Shown: positions 39,299-47,925 of the stretch, one piece after another
How positions within the stretch are numbered: the first letter of the stretch is position 1
Layout: every line of letters begins with the position of its first letter
DNA from: Paludibacteraceae bacterium
GTDB taxonomy: Bacteria > Bacteroidota > Bacteroidia > Bacteroidales > Paludibacteraceae
Assembly: GCA_017394705.1 (NCBI GenBank)
Contig: JAFPXH010000007.1
Span: 2,973-66,972, forward strand
DNA length: 64,000 bases
Direction of reading: 5' to 3'
Position numbers and translations under genes: made by a program
Notes under the pieces: generated by a model
What the model saw: the letters and a program-made list of their open reading frames with translations, nothing else
Database searches by the model: none
What the model was told of the DNA's origin: nothing

Positions 39299-39347
39299 AA
39301 CAGCTAACTACTAATGGCTAACAGCTAACAGCTAATAACTATCAACT
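39299..39347. repeat. Heptad tract (CTAA core) ending in the same caactgagatATG context as the TonB start
   Basis: aacagct aactact aatggct aacagct aacagct aataact atcaact gagat. Confidence 0.85.
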
Positions 39348-39356
39348 GAGATATGG

Positions 39357-39387
39357 AAAAAGCAGTCGAGAGGCTGCTTTTTTTTTT
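39357..39387 (+). terminator. Rho-independent terminator
   Basis: AGCAG-tcgagagg-CTGCT followed by T9. Confidence 0.7.
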
Positions 39388-39525
39388 GTGCAAAAGATAA
39401 ATTTATTTTGCATTTTTTTGTTGCTTCGGACTTGTAGTGTCTTTTTGAAGCAGTACTTTTGTCGGCGCATTTGGCATAGTAGCGGTGCAATTATGCCTCT
39501 AAATGCACACAAAATAAATATTTTG

Positions 39526-39557
39526 TTTGCATATTTCAAATATTTGTAGTACCTTTG
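39526..39557 (+). promoter_or_regulatory. Bacteroidota-type promoter
   Basis: TTTG at 39526 and TACCTTTG at 39550, 20-nt spacer. Confidence 0.6.
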
Positions 39558-39594
39558 CGCGGAAATCGCGCAGCAACAAAAAAACAACAATCAT

Positions 39595-39957
39595 ATGAGA
39601 AAATCCTTCATTCTTATCATCGCAGCAACTCTGCTACTCGTCAGTTGCGGAGACGGCAATGAACCTGCTTACGGGAACAGCTCCGAAGGAGCGCTCAATG
39701 GTACCTTCACGGTCGATGCAAACGGCAGACAGGTCCGTTTCTCGCGTGGTAACCTCCAGTACCAGGCCAGCACGAACATCTGGCGTTTTGCGGACAAGCA
39801 ATATGACTTCATCGGCCTCGATAATGAGAACATGTCCGCCTCCTATGACGGTTGGATCGACCTCTTCGGCTGGGGAACAGGCAACAACCCAACGCTGGAT
39901 GAGACAGCAAAGTATACAGCGTATAACTCTTTCGTCGACTGGGGTAAGAATCCTATT
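39595..39957 (+). pseudogene. Lipoprotein gene truncated by insertion of the Mu-like element
   Basis: Lipobox LLLVSC. Conserved-looking GNLQYQAS...WIDLFGWGTGNNPT...FVDWGKNPI, then the sequence switches to repeat-rich non-coding DNA. ORF 39595..40068 reads on by chance. Confidence 0.55.
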
Positions 39958-40050
39958 GATATATGGGGCACAGAACGAAAAGTACATTCGGGATTTTGGG
40001 AAAGTGCTGTAAATAAGCAAGTTACGGAAAATGGGACGAAAAACGAATTG

Positions 40051-40152
40051 TGCATTTGCTTGGCATAAGTTGACATTTGGTTTACATTTTGAGGGGTTTG
40101 AGCCCCTTTTATTGTGCATTAAGTTGACATTTGCTTGGCATTTACTTGGCAC
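40051..40152. repeat. Direct repeats near the element left end (candidate transposase-binding sites)
   Basis: tgcatttgcttggcataagttgacatttgg (40051..40080) and tgcattaagttgacatttgcttggcatttacttggca (40115..40151). ACGAAAA-type motifs at 39975..40045. Confidence 0.5.
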
Positions 40153-40728
40153 GGCTTCACATACGGTCAAAAAAGCGCCGCCGACAAACGCCGCTCAGGA
40201 CGGTCATCAGACGCGCCCGTGCAAACCTATTAAAAACACGCGCATAATGCGCCCACGCGCGTATAAACGCCCCAGAGAGAGCCTGCCGATGAAGCACCCA
40301 TAAGACAGCCGAAGAAGCGTGCTTGAATGGTGCTTGCAATGCTGCTTAAACGTCCTTGCAACGCTGCTTAAACGCCCCTGCAAAGAGGCGTTTTTTTGTG
40401 CCCATCGACACCCGTTGAGACGATGATCCGACGAAAGACAAAAATGCCGTTTCGGATGCCGAAAAAATCGAATTAGTTTCAAGTTAGTTTCAAAATTAGT
40501 CTCAAAATTGACTGATTGCGTACCCAATACGACCCAAAACGAGCCGAAAAAGTGCCATTTTTGCAGGATTGCACCCCCCATAATACCCAAAAACACCCCG
40601 ATTGCAAGCGGGATTTTGCGCAAACAAAGTGCGCGTAAATGTCTATAAATAAAGCAGATACGCGCATATACACACAAAAAACGCGCGTAAAAACGCGCAT
40701 TTTTCGTATTTTCTATGTTATAGAAGGT

Positions 40729-41463
40729 CTATTCCAGACGAATGACACCCACCACAAGAGCAATGCCTGTGATCTCCTCTTTGGGCACCTCAAAAGGCGG
40801 GTAGTTCTCGTTATCAGATACCATTTTCAGGCGGTCATCGGTAGAACCGGGCATGAGGCGTTTGCAGAGGATCCCCTGTTCACGCGTGGCAACAATATGG
40901 CATTTGTTCCACTGGATAAACGCGCCATCGTGGAGGATGGTACACGCCACCACGTCACCGCTGTTATATTTGGGGTACATGCTGGATCCTGATATCTCAA
41001 TCATGAAGTCCACTTGATGGTAGCGGAATTTGGGCACAACGTAGTATTCTTTGACATCGGCTTCATGGATGACAAAGTTGGCATTGCCGAAACCGGCTAC
41101 TGCTGTTTGTGTGACAAGTGGCAGCTTTTTATATCCGGCGGGCAGGTTTTCTTGCTCCGCAGTTCCTTCGTAGTTCCTTCGTAGTTCCTTCGTGTTTGGG
41201 TCGGTCATCTCTCGGTCATCTCTCGGTTGTGTCTCGGTTGGAACAGTCACCGATGGGCGAAGCATTTCTCCTTCACCATACAGAAGCCAATCTCTATTCA
41301 AATTAGGGTACGCCGATAGAACATTGTTCAATTTTCCATGACCAAAACCTGTCCTCATTGACGAAACATAACCATTCGAGAGGTCACACGCTCTCTCGAA
41401 GTCTCTAATTTTGATTCCCATTTCGGAACAAAATTCGTAAACTCTTTCCTTAATAGTACCCAT
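40729..41463 (-). CDS. Phage repressor, HTH plus S24 (LexA-like) peptidase
   Basis: N-terminal HTH IKIRDFERACDLSNGYVSSMR. C-terminal ISGSSMYPKYNSGDVV ... KRL (Ser/Lys dyad). Start moved to the ATG (the track start is GTG). Confidence 0.8.
   Translation of the reverse strand: MGTIKERVYEFCSEMGIKIRDFERACDLSNGYVSSMRTGFGHGKLNNVLSAYPNLNRDWLLYGEGEMLRPSVTVPTETQPRDDREMTDPNTKELRRNYEGTAEQENLPAGYKKLPLVTQTAVAGFGNANFVIHEADVKEYYVVPKFRYHQVDFMIEISGSSMYPKYNSGDVVACTILHDGAFIQWNKCHIVATREQGILCKRLMPGSTDDRLKMVSDNENYPPFEVPKEEITGIALVVGVIRLE
41161..41240. repeat. Seven tandem 11-mers inside the repressor linker coding sequence
   Basis: agttccttcgt x3 (41161..41193), then tcggtcatctc x2, tcggttgtgtc, tcggttggaac. Confidence 0.9.
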
Positions 41464-41529
41464 TTTTGCCACTTTTATGCGTCATTTTACTAAAAAATCA
41501 CAAAAAATTGAAAAAAGTTCCGAAAAAAT

Positions 41530-41560
41530 TTTGTCATGTCGGAAATTTGTTCTATCTTTG
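41530..41560 (+). promoter_or_regulatory. Early promoter of the Mu-like element, with a palindromic operator candidate just downstream
   Basis: TTTG at 41530 and TATCTTTG at 41553. Near-palindrome GGAATTAGTcaagtaACTAATTTC at about 41564..41592. Confidence 0.5.
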
Positions 41561-41655
41561 CAGTCGGAATTAGTCAAGTAACTAATTTCGCGACAAAAGT
41601 ACAAAAAAAAAATGACATATACAAGAAAATCAACTCATAAAATTAAAATTGTAAG

Positions 41656-41829
41656 ATGAATGCACTATTTTTCGGCTCAATCGCCAAAATTCAGAAGATG
41701 ACCGGTTACAGTCGCGCGACGATAAGCAACGCACTCAATTACGGTACGACGGGTAAGAAAGCCGAGCGCGTGCGTAAGTTGTATAACATGAATTTCGCGC
41801 CGATATTCAAGATTGGCGAAAACAAGTAA
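41656..41829 (+). CDS. Ner-like small HTH protein (57 aa)
   Basis: IAKIQKMTGYSRATISNALNYG helix-turn-helix. First gene of the rightward operon. Confidence 0.45.
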   Translation: MNALFFGSIAKIQKMTGYSRATISNALNYGTTGKKAERVRKLYNMNFAPIFKIGENK

Positions 41830-41857
41830 TACAGGAACCAATTAAAACAAAAGACCT

Positions 41858-42124
41858 ATGGAAACAACAATTACCCATCTGGAAATGGATTGCATCCATG
41901 ACCATCTGAACAAAACGATGACATGCAGTTGGCTCGACGGGCGTGTACGTATCGTGGTGTATTGGGAAGCCGACACCCTTGGTGTAATCCGCGACGGTAA
42001 TGTAGTAGAGACCCGCGACCTTGAAGGTTTAAGCCTTGATGAGTTCGTGCGCTTGGAAGATGAATGTCAAGCGGCCGCCGACAAATTAGCCGATTTTGAA
42101 GAACCTGCTTATGCTCATGTATAA
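41858..42124 (+). CDS. Hypothetical phage early protein
   Basis: ATG ORF with tight spacing in the operon. Confidence 0.4.
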   Translation: METTITHLEMDCIHDHLNKTMTCSWLDGRVRIVVYWEADTLGVIRDGNVVETRDLEGLSLDEFVRLEDECQAAADKLADFEEPAYAHV

Positions 42125-42166
42125 GTAGTGAATAATTAGCAGAAACCAATAAAAAGACCAGCAATT

Positions 42167-44161
42167 ATGTATCAGTATATAGACGGCAACTGTGCATTAA
42201 GCGTGAATGACTGGATGGCGGCAGGACTAACCTACAGCCAATTCAAGAATGACAGTCATCGCGGATACCTCAAAGTTATGCAACGTGGTATCCATGGCGA
42301 GACCTTAATCTTGGTTGACAGCATCCGCCGTGCGGACAGGATGCGTCTGATAGAACTCGCTTATGGCAAAGCCAAGGACACCAATACGGATATCTATGCC
42401 GTAGTAATGGATGTGCAGGCACGGCAGTTCTATACGCAGTACCATCAGCCTGACGGTATGCCGTTGGACGCAACGCACGTGAATGAGTACGTTGCCAAGG
42501 CAAGTCTGTTCACCGTCATGGCTAACGGATTGCAGACGCAACGCATGGCACGCGCCAAGAGCGGCAAACGTCTGGTGATGAAAGACTGGTACCAAGCAAT
42601 GCTGGTTTGGTACACACAACAATGCACCGACCAAAGCAGCATCGCGTTCGGACTTAATCCCTATACGAACGTGCGCAGCTTTGAAAGGGCGTTTAACGAC
42701 TATTTAAGCAACGGTTACGCAGCATTGATACACTGCGGAATCGGCAATAACAATGCAAGAAAAGTATGCAAGAAGTTGGAAAACCTTCTGCTGGCACTCT
42801 ACCGCACGGAAGATCATCCGTTTGTGACCCGCGTTCTGGAACTGTACAACGAGTTCATCAGCGGCAAGAAAGAGCTATACGATCAGAACACCGGCGAAGT
42901 ATTCCGTCCGCGCGATTTCATCAAGCCGGGCTGCGAGACACTGAGCGAAAGCACCGTCTGGAACTACCTCAAAGATGTCTATGGCAACACCGCTATTTTC
43001 ATGGATCGTAACGGCAACTTCGAGTATAACAACAGCCTCCGACCCAAGAACCACCGTCACCACGGCGCATATTCGCTGAGTAAGATATCTATGGATGACG
43101 TGGCACTGAGCCGTCACGCGCTCGGTAACAAGTGGGTATATAAGTACATGGCCACCGACGTTGTGAGCCAATACATCTTCCGTCCGGCTTACGTGCTGGG
43201 CAAACCGTCAGAAGATACGGTTTATCAGTCTTTCCGCAATATGTTCTGTGAGCTCAGTCAGATGGGTTTGCCTATGCCGGGTGAACTGGAGGTGGAGCAC
43301 CACATTATGAGCAACTTCAAGTGGCTGCCGGAAATGTTCCAGTTCGTGCGCTTCTGTCAGTCGCCTACTGAGAAACGTGCCGAGCACGCCATCCGTCGCC
43401 TCAAATACGGAGCCGCTAAAGACCTTGGTCAGACACGCGGGCGTTGGTACGCAAAGCATGAGGCTTACCGTTCCATCCGTTACAAGATCAACGGCGACTA
43501 TCCGGAACCGGAGTTTGATCCGCGCCGACTGATTGCAGATGATATCGCTGCCATCGACGCACACAACAATGAGCTGCACCCTGACCAGAAGCGTTTCCCT
43601 GGAAAGACCCGCAAGCAGGTGCTCATGGAGAATTACAACCCGAACCTGCAAGCCATTGACGAAAGCTATCTCTACAAGTTCATCGGTAACAAGACCGAGA
43701 CCAGCATCCGCAACAATGACTATTGCCAAGTGGACGGCCAGCGCTTTGAGTTGAAAGACTACAGCAGCTTGCAACGGCTCAAACCAAACAACCGCACCGT
43801 GACCGCGTACTGGCTGCCGGATGAGGAAGGCAAGACGCAAACCGTTTACCTCTATCAGGGTGACACCTATATCGGCGAAGCGCAGAACATGGAGCAATTC
43901 ACCTACAACGAATGTGCCTTTGAGCGTACCGCCGAGGATGAAGCCAAGATGCTGCACCAAGCCAAACGCGCTGCACACTTTGACCGCCTCATCAAAGACC
44001 GCCGTCAGGACATCCCGAAGATAGGCAAGATGGACCGCGACACAGTGCGTTACATTGAGCAAACACCGCTGGATATCGTCATTGAGGAACACGAACAGCC
44101 GGTCAATTATGACGGTGACGAGTTCGCAGACTTCACCAGCCAAGCAATAAACAGTTTATAA
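42167..44161 (+). CDS. Mu-type (DDE) transposase
   Basis: 664 aa. Position after the repressor and Ner-like genes and before the MuB-like ATPase. DDE residues not verified by eye. Confidence 0.65.
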   Translation: MYQYIDGNCALSVNDWMAAGLTYSQFKNDSHRGYLKVMQRGIHGETLILVDSIRRADRMRLIELAYGKAKDTNTDIYAVVMDVQARQFYTQYHQPDGMPLDATHVNEYVAKASLFTVMANGLQTQRMARAKSGKRLVMKDWYQAMLVWYTQQCTDQSSIAFGLNPYTNVRSFERAFNDYLSNGYAALIHCGIGNNNARKVCKKLENLLLALYRTEDHPFVTRVLELYNEFISGKKELYDQNTGEVFRPRDFIKPGCETLSESTVWNYLKDVYGNTAIFMDRNGNFEYNNSLRPKNHRHHGAYSLSKISMDDVALSRHALGNKWVYKYMATDVVSQYIFRPAYVLGKPSEDTVYQSFRNMFCELSQMGLPMPGELEVEHHIMSNFKWLPEMFQFVRFCQSPTEKRAEHAIRRLKYGAAKDLGQTRGRWYAKHEAYRSIRYKINGDYPEPEFDPRRLIADDIAAIDAHNNELHPDQKRFPGKTRKQVLMENYNPNLQAIDESYLYKFIGNKTETSIRNNDYCQVDGQRFELKDYSSLQRLKPNNRTVTAYWLPDEEGKTQTVYLYQGDTYIGEAQNMEQFTYNECAFERTAEDEAKMLHQAKRAAHFDRLIKDRRQDIPKIGKMDRDTVRYIEQTPLDIVIEEHEQPVNYDGDEFADFTSQAINSL

Positions 44162-44182
44162 ACCCTATAAAAACAAAAGACC

Positions 44183-45070
44183 ATGTTAGTAAGTAATGAA
44201 ATGAAGACGCGCATCATCCAAGCGATGACAGCAGCGCGTGAGAACTTCGGAGGAAGCGATGCCAAGTTTGCCAACTCCCTTAGTATTAACGCAAGCCAGT
44301 TGAGCCGTATCATGCGCGGCGACTGGGAGAAAGTCCTGAGCGATGAGAAATGGATCACCATTGCCCGCGTGCTGGGTGTCGGTATGGATTCGGAAAAGAA
44401 GTGGAACACCGCCAACACGCCCGTATTCCAGTTCATCAATGCACAACTGGAGAAATGCCAGGAAGAAAGCATGAGCGCGCTCCTGTGCGACATGTCTGAC
44501 ATAGGCAAGACCTACGCAGCGCAATACTACCAGCGCACACACAAGAACGTTGTTTACATTGATTGCAGTCAGGTCAAGAGCAAACAGCGTCTTATCCGCA
44601 AAATAGCCAAATCATTCGGTGTGGGCAGCACAAGCAAGTACGATGACGTGTACGAGGATTTGGTCTTTTACCTCAAGCAGCTGCCCACACCTTTGATTAT
44701 CCTTGACGAAGCCGGTGATCTTCACTATGAAGCGTTCCTTGAAATCAAAGCACTCTGGAATGCCACCGAACGCGCATGTGGTTACTACATGATGGGTGCC
44801 GATGGTCTGCGTCAGAAGATCCACCGCGCCATTGATAACAAGAAAGTCGGTTACACCGAGATTTTCAGCCGCTTTGGTCGCCGGTATGTGCAATGCGTAC
44901 CGACCAATGCCGATGACCGCGAAAAGTTCTTGAACGCGACCGCCATGAGTATCATCAAAGCTAACTGCAAAGAGGGTACCGACACCATGCAGATCCTCCG
45001 TGGCAGTCGTGACGAACAGGGCGTACCGAGCTTGCGCCGCATCAACAAAGAATTGAGCAAACTGGGATAA
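44183..45070 (+). CDS. MuB-like AAA ATPase (transposition helper) with an N-terminal HTH
   Basis: Walker A SDIGKTYAA, Walker B LIILDEAGD. N-terminal FANSLSINASQLSRIMRG. Confidence 0.7.
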   Translation: MLVSNEMKTRIIQAMTAARENFGGSDAKFANSLSINASQLSRIMRGDWEKVLSDEKWITIARVLGVGMDSEKKWNTANTPVFQFINAQLEKCQEESMSALLCDMSDIGKTYAAQYYQRTHKNVVYIDCSQVKSKQRLIRKIAKSFGVGSTSKYDDVYEDLVFYLKQLPTPLIILDEAGDLHYEAFLEIKALWNATERACGYYMMGADGLRQKIHRAIDNKKVGYTEIFSRFGRRYVQCVPTNADDREKFLNATAMSIIKANCKEGTDTMQILRGSRDEQGVPSLRRINKELSKLG

Positions 45071-45073
45071 GTC

Positions 45074-45718
45074 ATGGCTAAGTCAAAGCAAGCACAGAGC
45101 ACAAGCAATGTCCGCACGGCAAAGTTTACCTGCCTGCCATTTGAAGGTGAGTATTTCCGCGCCGTCGGACAGCCTGAGCGTACAGGCACACATGTCATCA
45201 TCGGACCGTCCAAGAACGGTAAGACCACCTTTGCCATGATGTATGCCAAGTATCTGAGTAGCTTTGAACGTGTAGCCTATGATAGCGTGGAGGAAGGTCT
45301 GTGCAAGACTATCCAGATGGCGATGGACCGCGTGAACATGTGGGAAGTCGGCGGCAAGGTCATCCTCTATGACAAAATGGAGATTGAAGATCTCCGAGCC
45401 AAACTCAAACAACACAAGAGCCCGAACATCATCTTTATCGACTCTATCCAGTTCGCCGATATGACGTTCAAGGATTACAAGACACTCAAACGTGAGTTCC
45501 CGAACAAACTCTTTGTCTATATCAGCCATATCAACGGCGGGCAGCCGGAAGGCAAGACCGCACAACGCATCTTCCGTGACGCTTCCGTCGTTTGGCACAT
45601 TGAAGGCTTCCGGGCAATCCCTCAAAGCCGGTTCGTGGAGGACGGAGTTACACAGGATCCTATTGACATCTGGCCGGAAGGAGCCGCTAAGTATTGGGCA
45701 AAATTACAAAGCAAGTGA
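45074..45718 (+). CDS. P-loop NTPase (RecA/KaiC-like small ATPase)
   Basis: Walker A GPSKNGKTTFA, Walker B-like IIFIDSIQ. Confidence 0.5.
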   Translation: MAKSKQAQSTSNVRTAKFTCLPFEGEYFRAVGQPERTGTHVIIGPSKNGKTTFAMMYAKYLSSFERVAYDSVEEGLCKTIQMAMDRVNMWEVGGKVILYDKMEIEDLRAKLKQHKSPNIIFIDSIQFADMTFKDYKTLKREFPNKLFVYISHINGGQPEGKTAQRIFRDASVVWHIEGFRAIPQSRFVEDGVTQDPIDIWPEGAAKYWAKLQSK

Positions 45719-45719
45719 C

Positions 45720-46172
45720 ATGAAAACGCATAGCCAATATATCAAGGAACTGCATATCCTGTTCAATCAGTGCAATATCTCTGATGCCAACAAAGCAGCC
45801 ATCTACAACTCCTATGGTGTGACATCGAGCAAAGAACTGAACGGTGCGCAACTCGGTGAGATCTGCAACAAACTGCACGACCTCCTCCGGAAGGACGGAC
45901 GCGAAGCCAAACCCAGCCGCCGAAAGACACCGCTACAACAGGCGCAGACATGCTGCAAGGTAGCTATTGGCAAGCTGCTGGCAGCGCAGGGTAAGATACC
46001 CGCCTCCGGATGGTCTTTTGCTGAGTGGAACCTGATTACCGGGACGGCCTGCCGAGCCGCAGGAGTAGATGCCTTCCATCAGATACCACTCAGCAAACTC
46101 CGGGGCATTGCTTACGAGTTCAACAGCCAGGCGCAGGCAATAGCGCAATCCAAACAAATAATCAACCAATAA
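45720..46172 (+). CDS. Hypothetical phage early protein (possibly GemA/gp16-like)
   Basis: ATG 1 nt after the upstream stop. The family guess is from context only. Confidence 0.4.
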   Translation: MKTHSQYIKELHILFNQCNISDANKAAIYNSYGVTSSKELNGAQLGEICNKLHDLLRKDGREAKPSRRKTPLQQAQTCCKVAIGKLLAAQGKIPASGWSFAEWNLITGTACRAAGVDAFHQIPLSKLRGIAYEFNSQAQAIAQSKQIINQ

Positions 46173-46184
46173 AATTCAACCGTT

Positions 46185-46847
46185 ATGGCAAAGTACGATT
46201 TATCCGAAGAGGAAGTTGCGTTGCTGGAGAATGCACGCGCAGAAAAGGCAAAGCGTGAAGCCGAAGAAAAACACGCACAAGAAGTAAAGACTTACAAGGA
46301 ACTGGTGGATGAAGCCGTCAATCTGACCGTGCCCGAAGCACAGGACATCAGCCGCATTCTGGAGCAAAAGAAAGCAGCTATCTTTGAACGCTTCCACAGC
46401 ATTATTTCAATGAAGGATGAACTATTCTCTGGATCCAGCAAGGCGAAAGACGGACGCTTTACCGACACCTTCACCAACAAAGACAGTACCGCACGTGTCA
46501 CCCTCGGCTTCAATACCAATGATGCCTATGATGACACCTATACCGCCGGTGTGGAGAAAGTCAAGGAGTACATCCAGAGCCTCGCATCTGATGATAAGAG
46601 CCGCCAACTCGCAGAAATGGTCAATACGCTCCTGATGGAACGCAGCAAGGCCGGACAGCTCAAAGCGCAGAATGTCCTCCGTCTGGAGAGCATGGCGAAT
46701 GAGATCGGCGACCCGACCTTCATCGAGGGCATGAAGATCATCCGCGACGCTTACCGTCCGGACCGCACCAAGCAGTTCGTCAAGGTCGAAGTCAAGGACG
46801 CTTCCGGCAAGTTCCAAACTGTCAGTCTGAACATGACTAACTGCTAA
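46185..46847 (+). CDS. Hypothetical phage early protein (possibly DUF3164-like)
   Basis: 220-aa ORF. The family guess is from memory of Mu-like prophage content. Confidence 0.4.
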   Translation: MAKYDLSEEEVALLENARAEKAKREAEEKHAQEVKTYKELVDEAVNLTVPEAQDISRILEQKKAAIFERFHSIISMKDELFSGSSKAKDGRFTDTFTNKDSTARVTLGFNTNDAYDDTYTAGVEKVKEYIQSLASDDKSRQLAEMVNTLLMERSKAGQLKAQNVLRLESMANEIGDPTFIEGMKIIRDAYRPDRTKQFVKVEVKDASGKFQTVSLNMTNC

Positions 46848-46851
46848 AACT

Positions 46852-47031
46852 ATGAGACAGACATTTAACAATGAAAAGGTGGAACTCTGCGGCGCATGTC
46901 AGGGAACCGGAGTAGATGACATGGGTAGAAAATGCCCCGTCTGCGATGGTACCGGCAGAGTGTATAAGAAGCGTGAAGGCACCCTCACGGTGGAGCCGTA
47001 CAAGGGTCAGAAAGTACCCAAACGGACATAA
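46852..47031 (+). CDS. DnaJ-type zinc-finger peptide (59 aa)
   Basis: CGACQGTG ... CPVCDGTG (two CxxCxGxG motifs). Confidence 0.5.
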   Translation: MRQTFNNEKVELCGACQGTGVDDMGRKCPVCDGTGRVYKKREGTLTVEPYKGQKVPKRT

Positions 47032-47081
47032 AAAAACAAGGGCCCCACACCGAAGCGCGAAGCCATTGCAGAAACCGAGTG

Positions 47082-47113
47082 CAAAGGTACGAAAAAAATC
47101 TGATTCTTGCAAA
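47082..47113 (-). promoter_or_regulatory. Well-formed minus-strand promoter pointing into the 3' end of the phage early operon
   Basis: Minus strand: TTTGCAAG (plus 47106..47113), 20-nt spacer, TACCTTTG (plus 47082..47089). The same cassette occurs at 48378, 56808 and 60651. Confidence 0.5.
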
Positions 47114-47179
47114 TAATTCTTTCACTTTTTGCAAAAAATCATGCTTTTTTCCTCTACTTGAGCATTCGGTTTGCTATTT

Positions 47180-47394
47180 GTGTCAAATTTTAAGATAAAT
47201 TTCTCTCTGAACTCTCGCTTTTCGTTCGCGCATTTCACCGACCGAACACCGAGAGAAGACCGAGAGAAGAGCGACACGACTCCAAACCCCAAAAGTGTCA
47301 AATTTTAAGATTTATTTCTCGCTGAACCCTCGCTGTTCCTCCGCACAAAAACACGAACGAACTACGAAGGAACTACGAAGGAAGAGCGAAGCGT
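47180..47394. repeat. Two tandem units of about 114 nt, each a 45-nt direct repeat followed by 11-mer arrays homologous to the repressor linker
   Basis: gtgtcaaattttaagatWWatttctc..ctgaac.ctcgct at 47180 and 47294. 11-mers caccgagagaa/gaccgagagaa (47247..47268) and ctacgaaggaa x2 (47362..47383). Confidence 0.85.
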
Positions 47395-47464
47395 AATCGT
47401 TCGAACGGAGTGAGATAAGAACTCCGATTATTAAGATTTTGCAACCCTCAAAACTACCAACGAC

Positions 47465-47731
47465 ATGCTAACTAAAGGACAAAACTTCATCCTCATTCCG
47501 CGCCCGACCATCGAGTTTCTCACCTCGCATGGCTTCATGCGCCCGGAGTACCTCACTTGGTACGATCTCTACATCGCCTTCATCCGCCTCGGCGACCCAC
47601 CGCTACGCCCCTCGCGCTATGACACGTTCCCCATCCCCACCATGCGCAAGTACGACATCCTCGCCGCACGCTTCGACATGTCCCAAGACCGCATCCGCCA
47701 CATCATCAACCTCCTCAATCGCGCCATCTAA
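47465..47731 (+). CDS. Hypothetical protein with a C-terminal HTH-like segment (possibly Mor-like)
   Basis: KYDILAARFDMSQDRIRHIINLL resembles a regulator HTH. Weak. Confidence 0.35.
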   Translation: MLTKGQNFILIPRPTIEFLTSHGFMRPEYLTWYDLYIAFIRLGDPPLRPSRYDTFPIPTMRKYDILAARFDMSQDRIRHIINLLNRAI

Positions 47732-47925
47732 CCGTGCCCGCGCAGCCTTGTTTTTTATGTTTATTTCCGAAGTCGTTTGTTACTCCGTAGGAGTGTGGCG
47801 CAGGTCGGCAAGACGATTAGTGAGCTTGCTCACTGAAGCGGCTTATCGAACTGAGGCACAGAAGCCAAATTAGGCTGCAAACGGCTGAGGGGTTTTATCT
47901 GTTTTTTTCTTAAAATATCCCAACT

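Larger units (their letters stand above)
39958..47031. mobile_element. Mu-like transposable prophage remnant (left end plus early region only); right boundary uncertain (47.03-48.12 kb)
   Basis: The gene order matches the Mu left arm: end repeats, leftward S24 repressor, rightward Ner-like gene, large transposase, MuB-like ATPase, small early genes. No structural or lysis genes follow. Confidence 0.65.

Noticed and set aside
39634-40677. ORFs in the prophage left arm (39634..40170 minus, 40031..40303 plus, 40207..40677 minus).
   Set aside because: The region is repeat-rich and promoter-less, the frames overlap each other and the truncated lipoprotein, and the translations have no motifs. It is better explained as transposon-end or regulatory DNA.
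47180-47394. Possible CRISPR array, considered for the direct repeats at 47.2-47.4 kb and for the 27/30-nt periodicities at 55.2-55.4 and 56.28-56.5 kb.
   Set aside because: There are only two copies of the 45-nt repeat and no cas genes. The 27/30-nt periodic DNA lies inside well-formed coding sequences (P3, P6). No CRISPR array is present.
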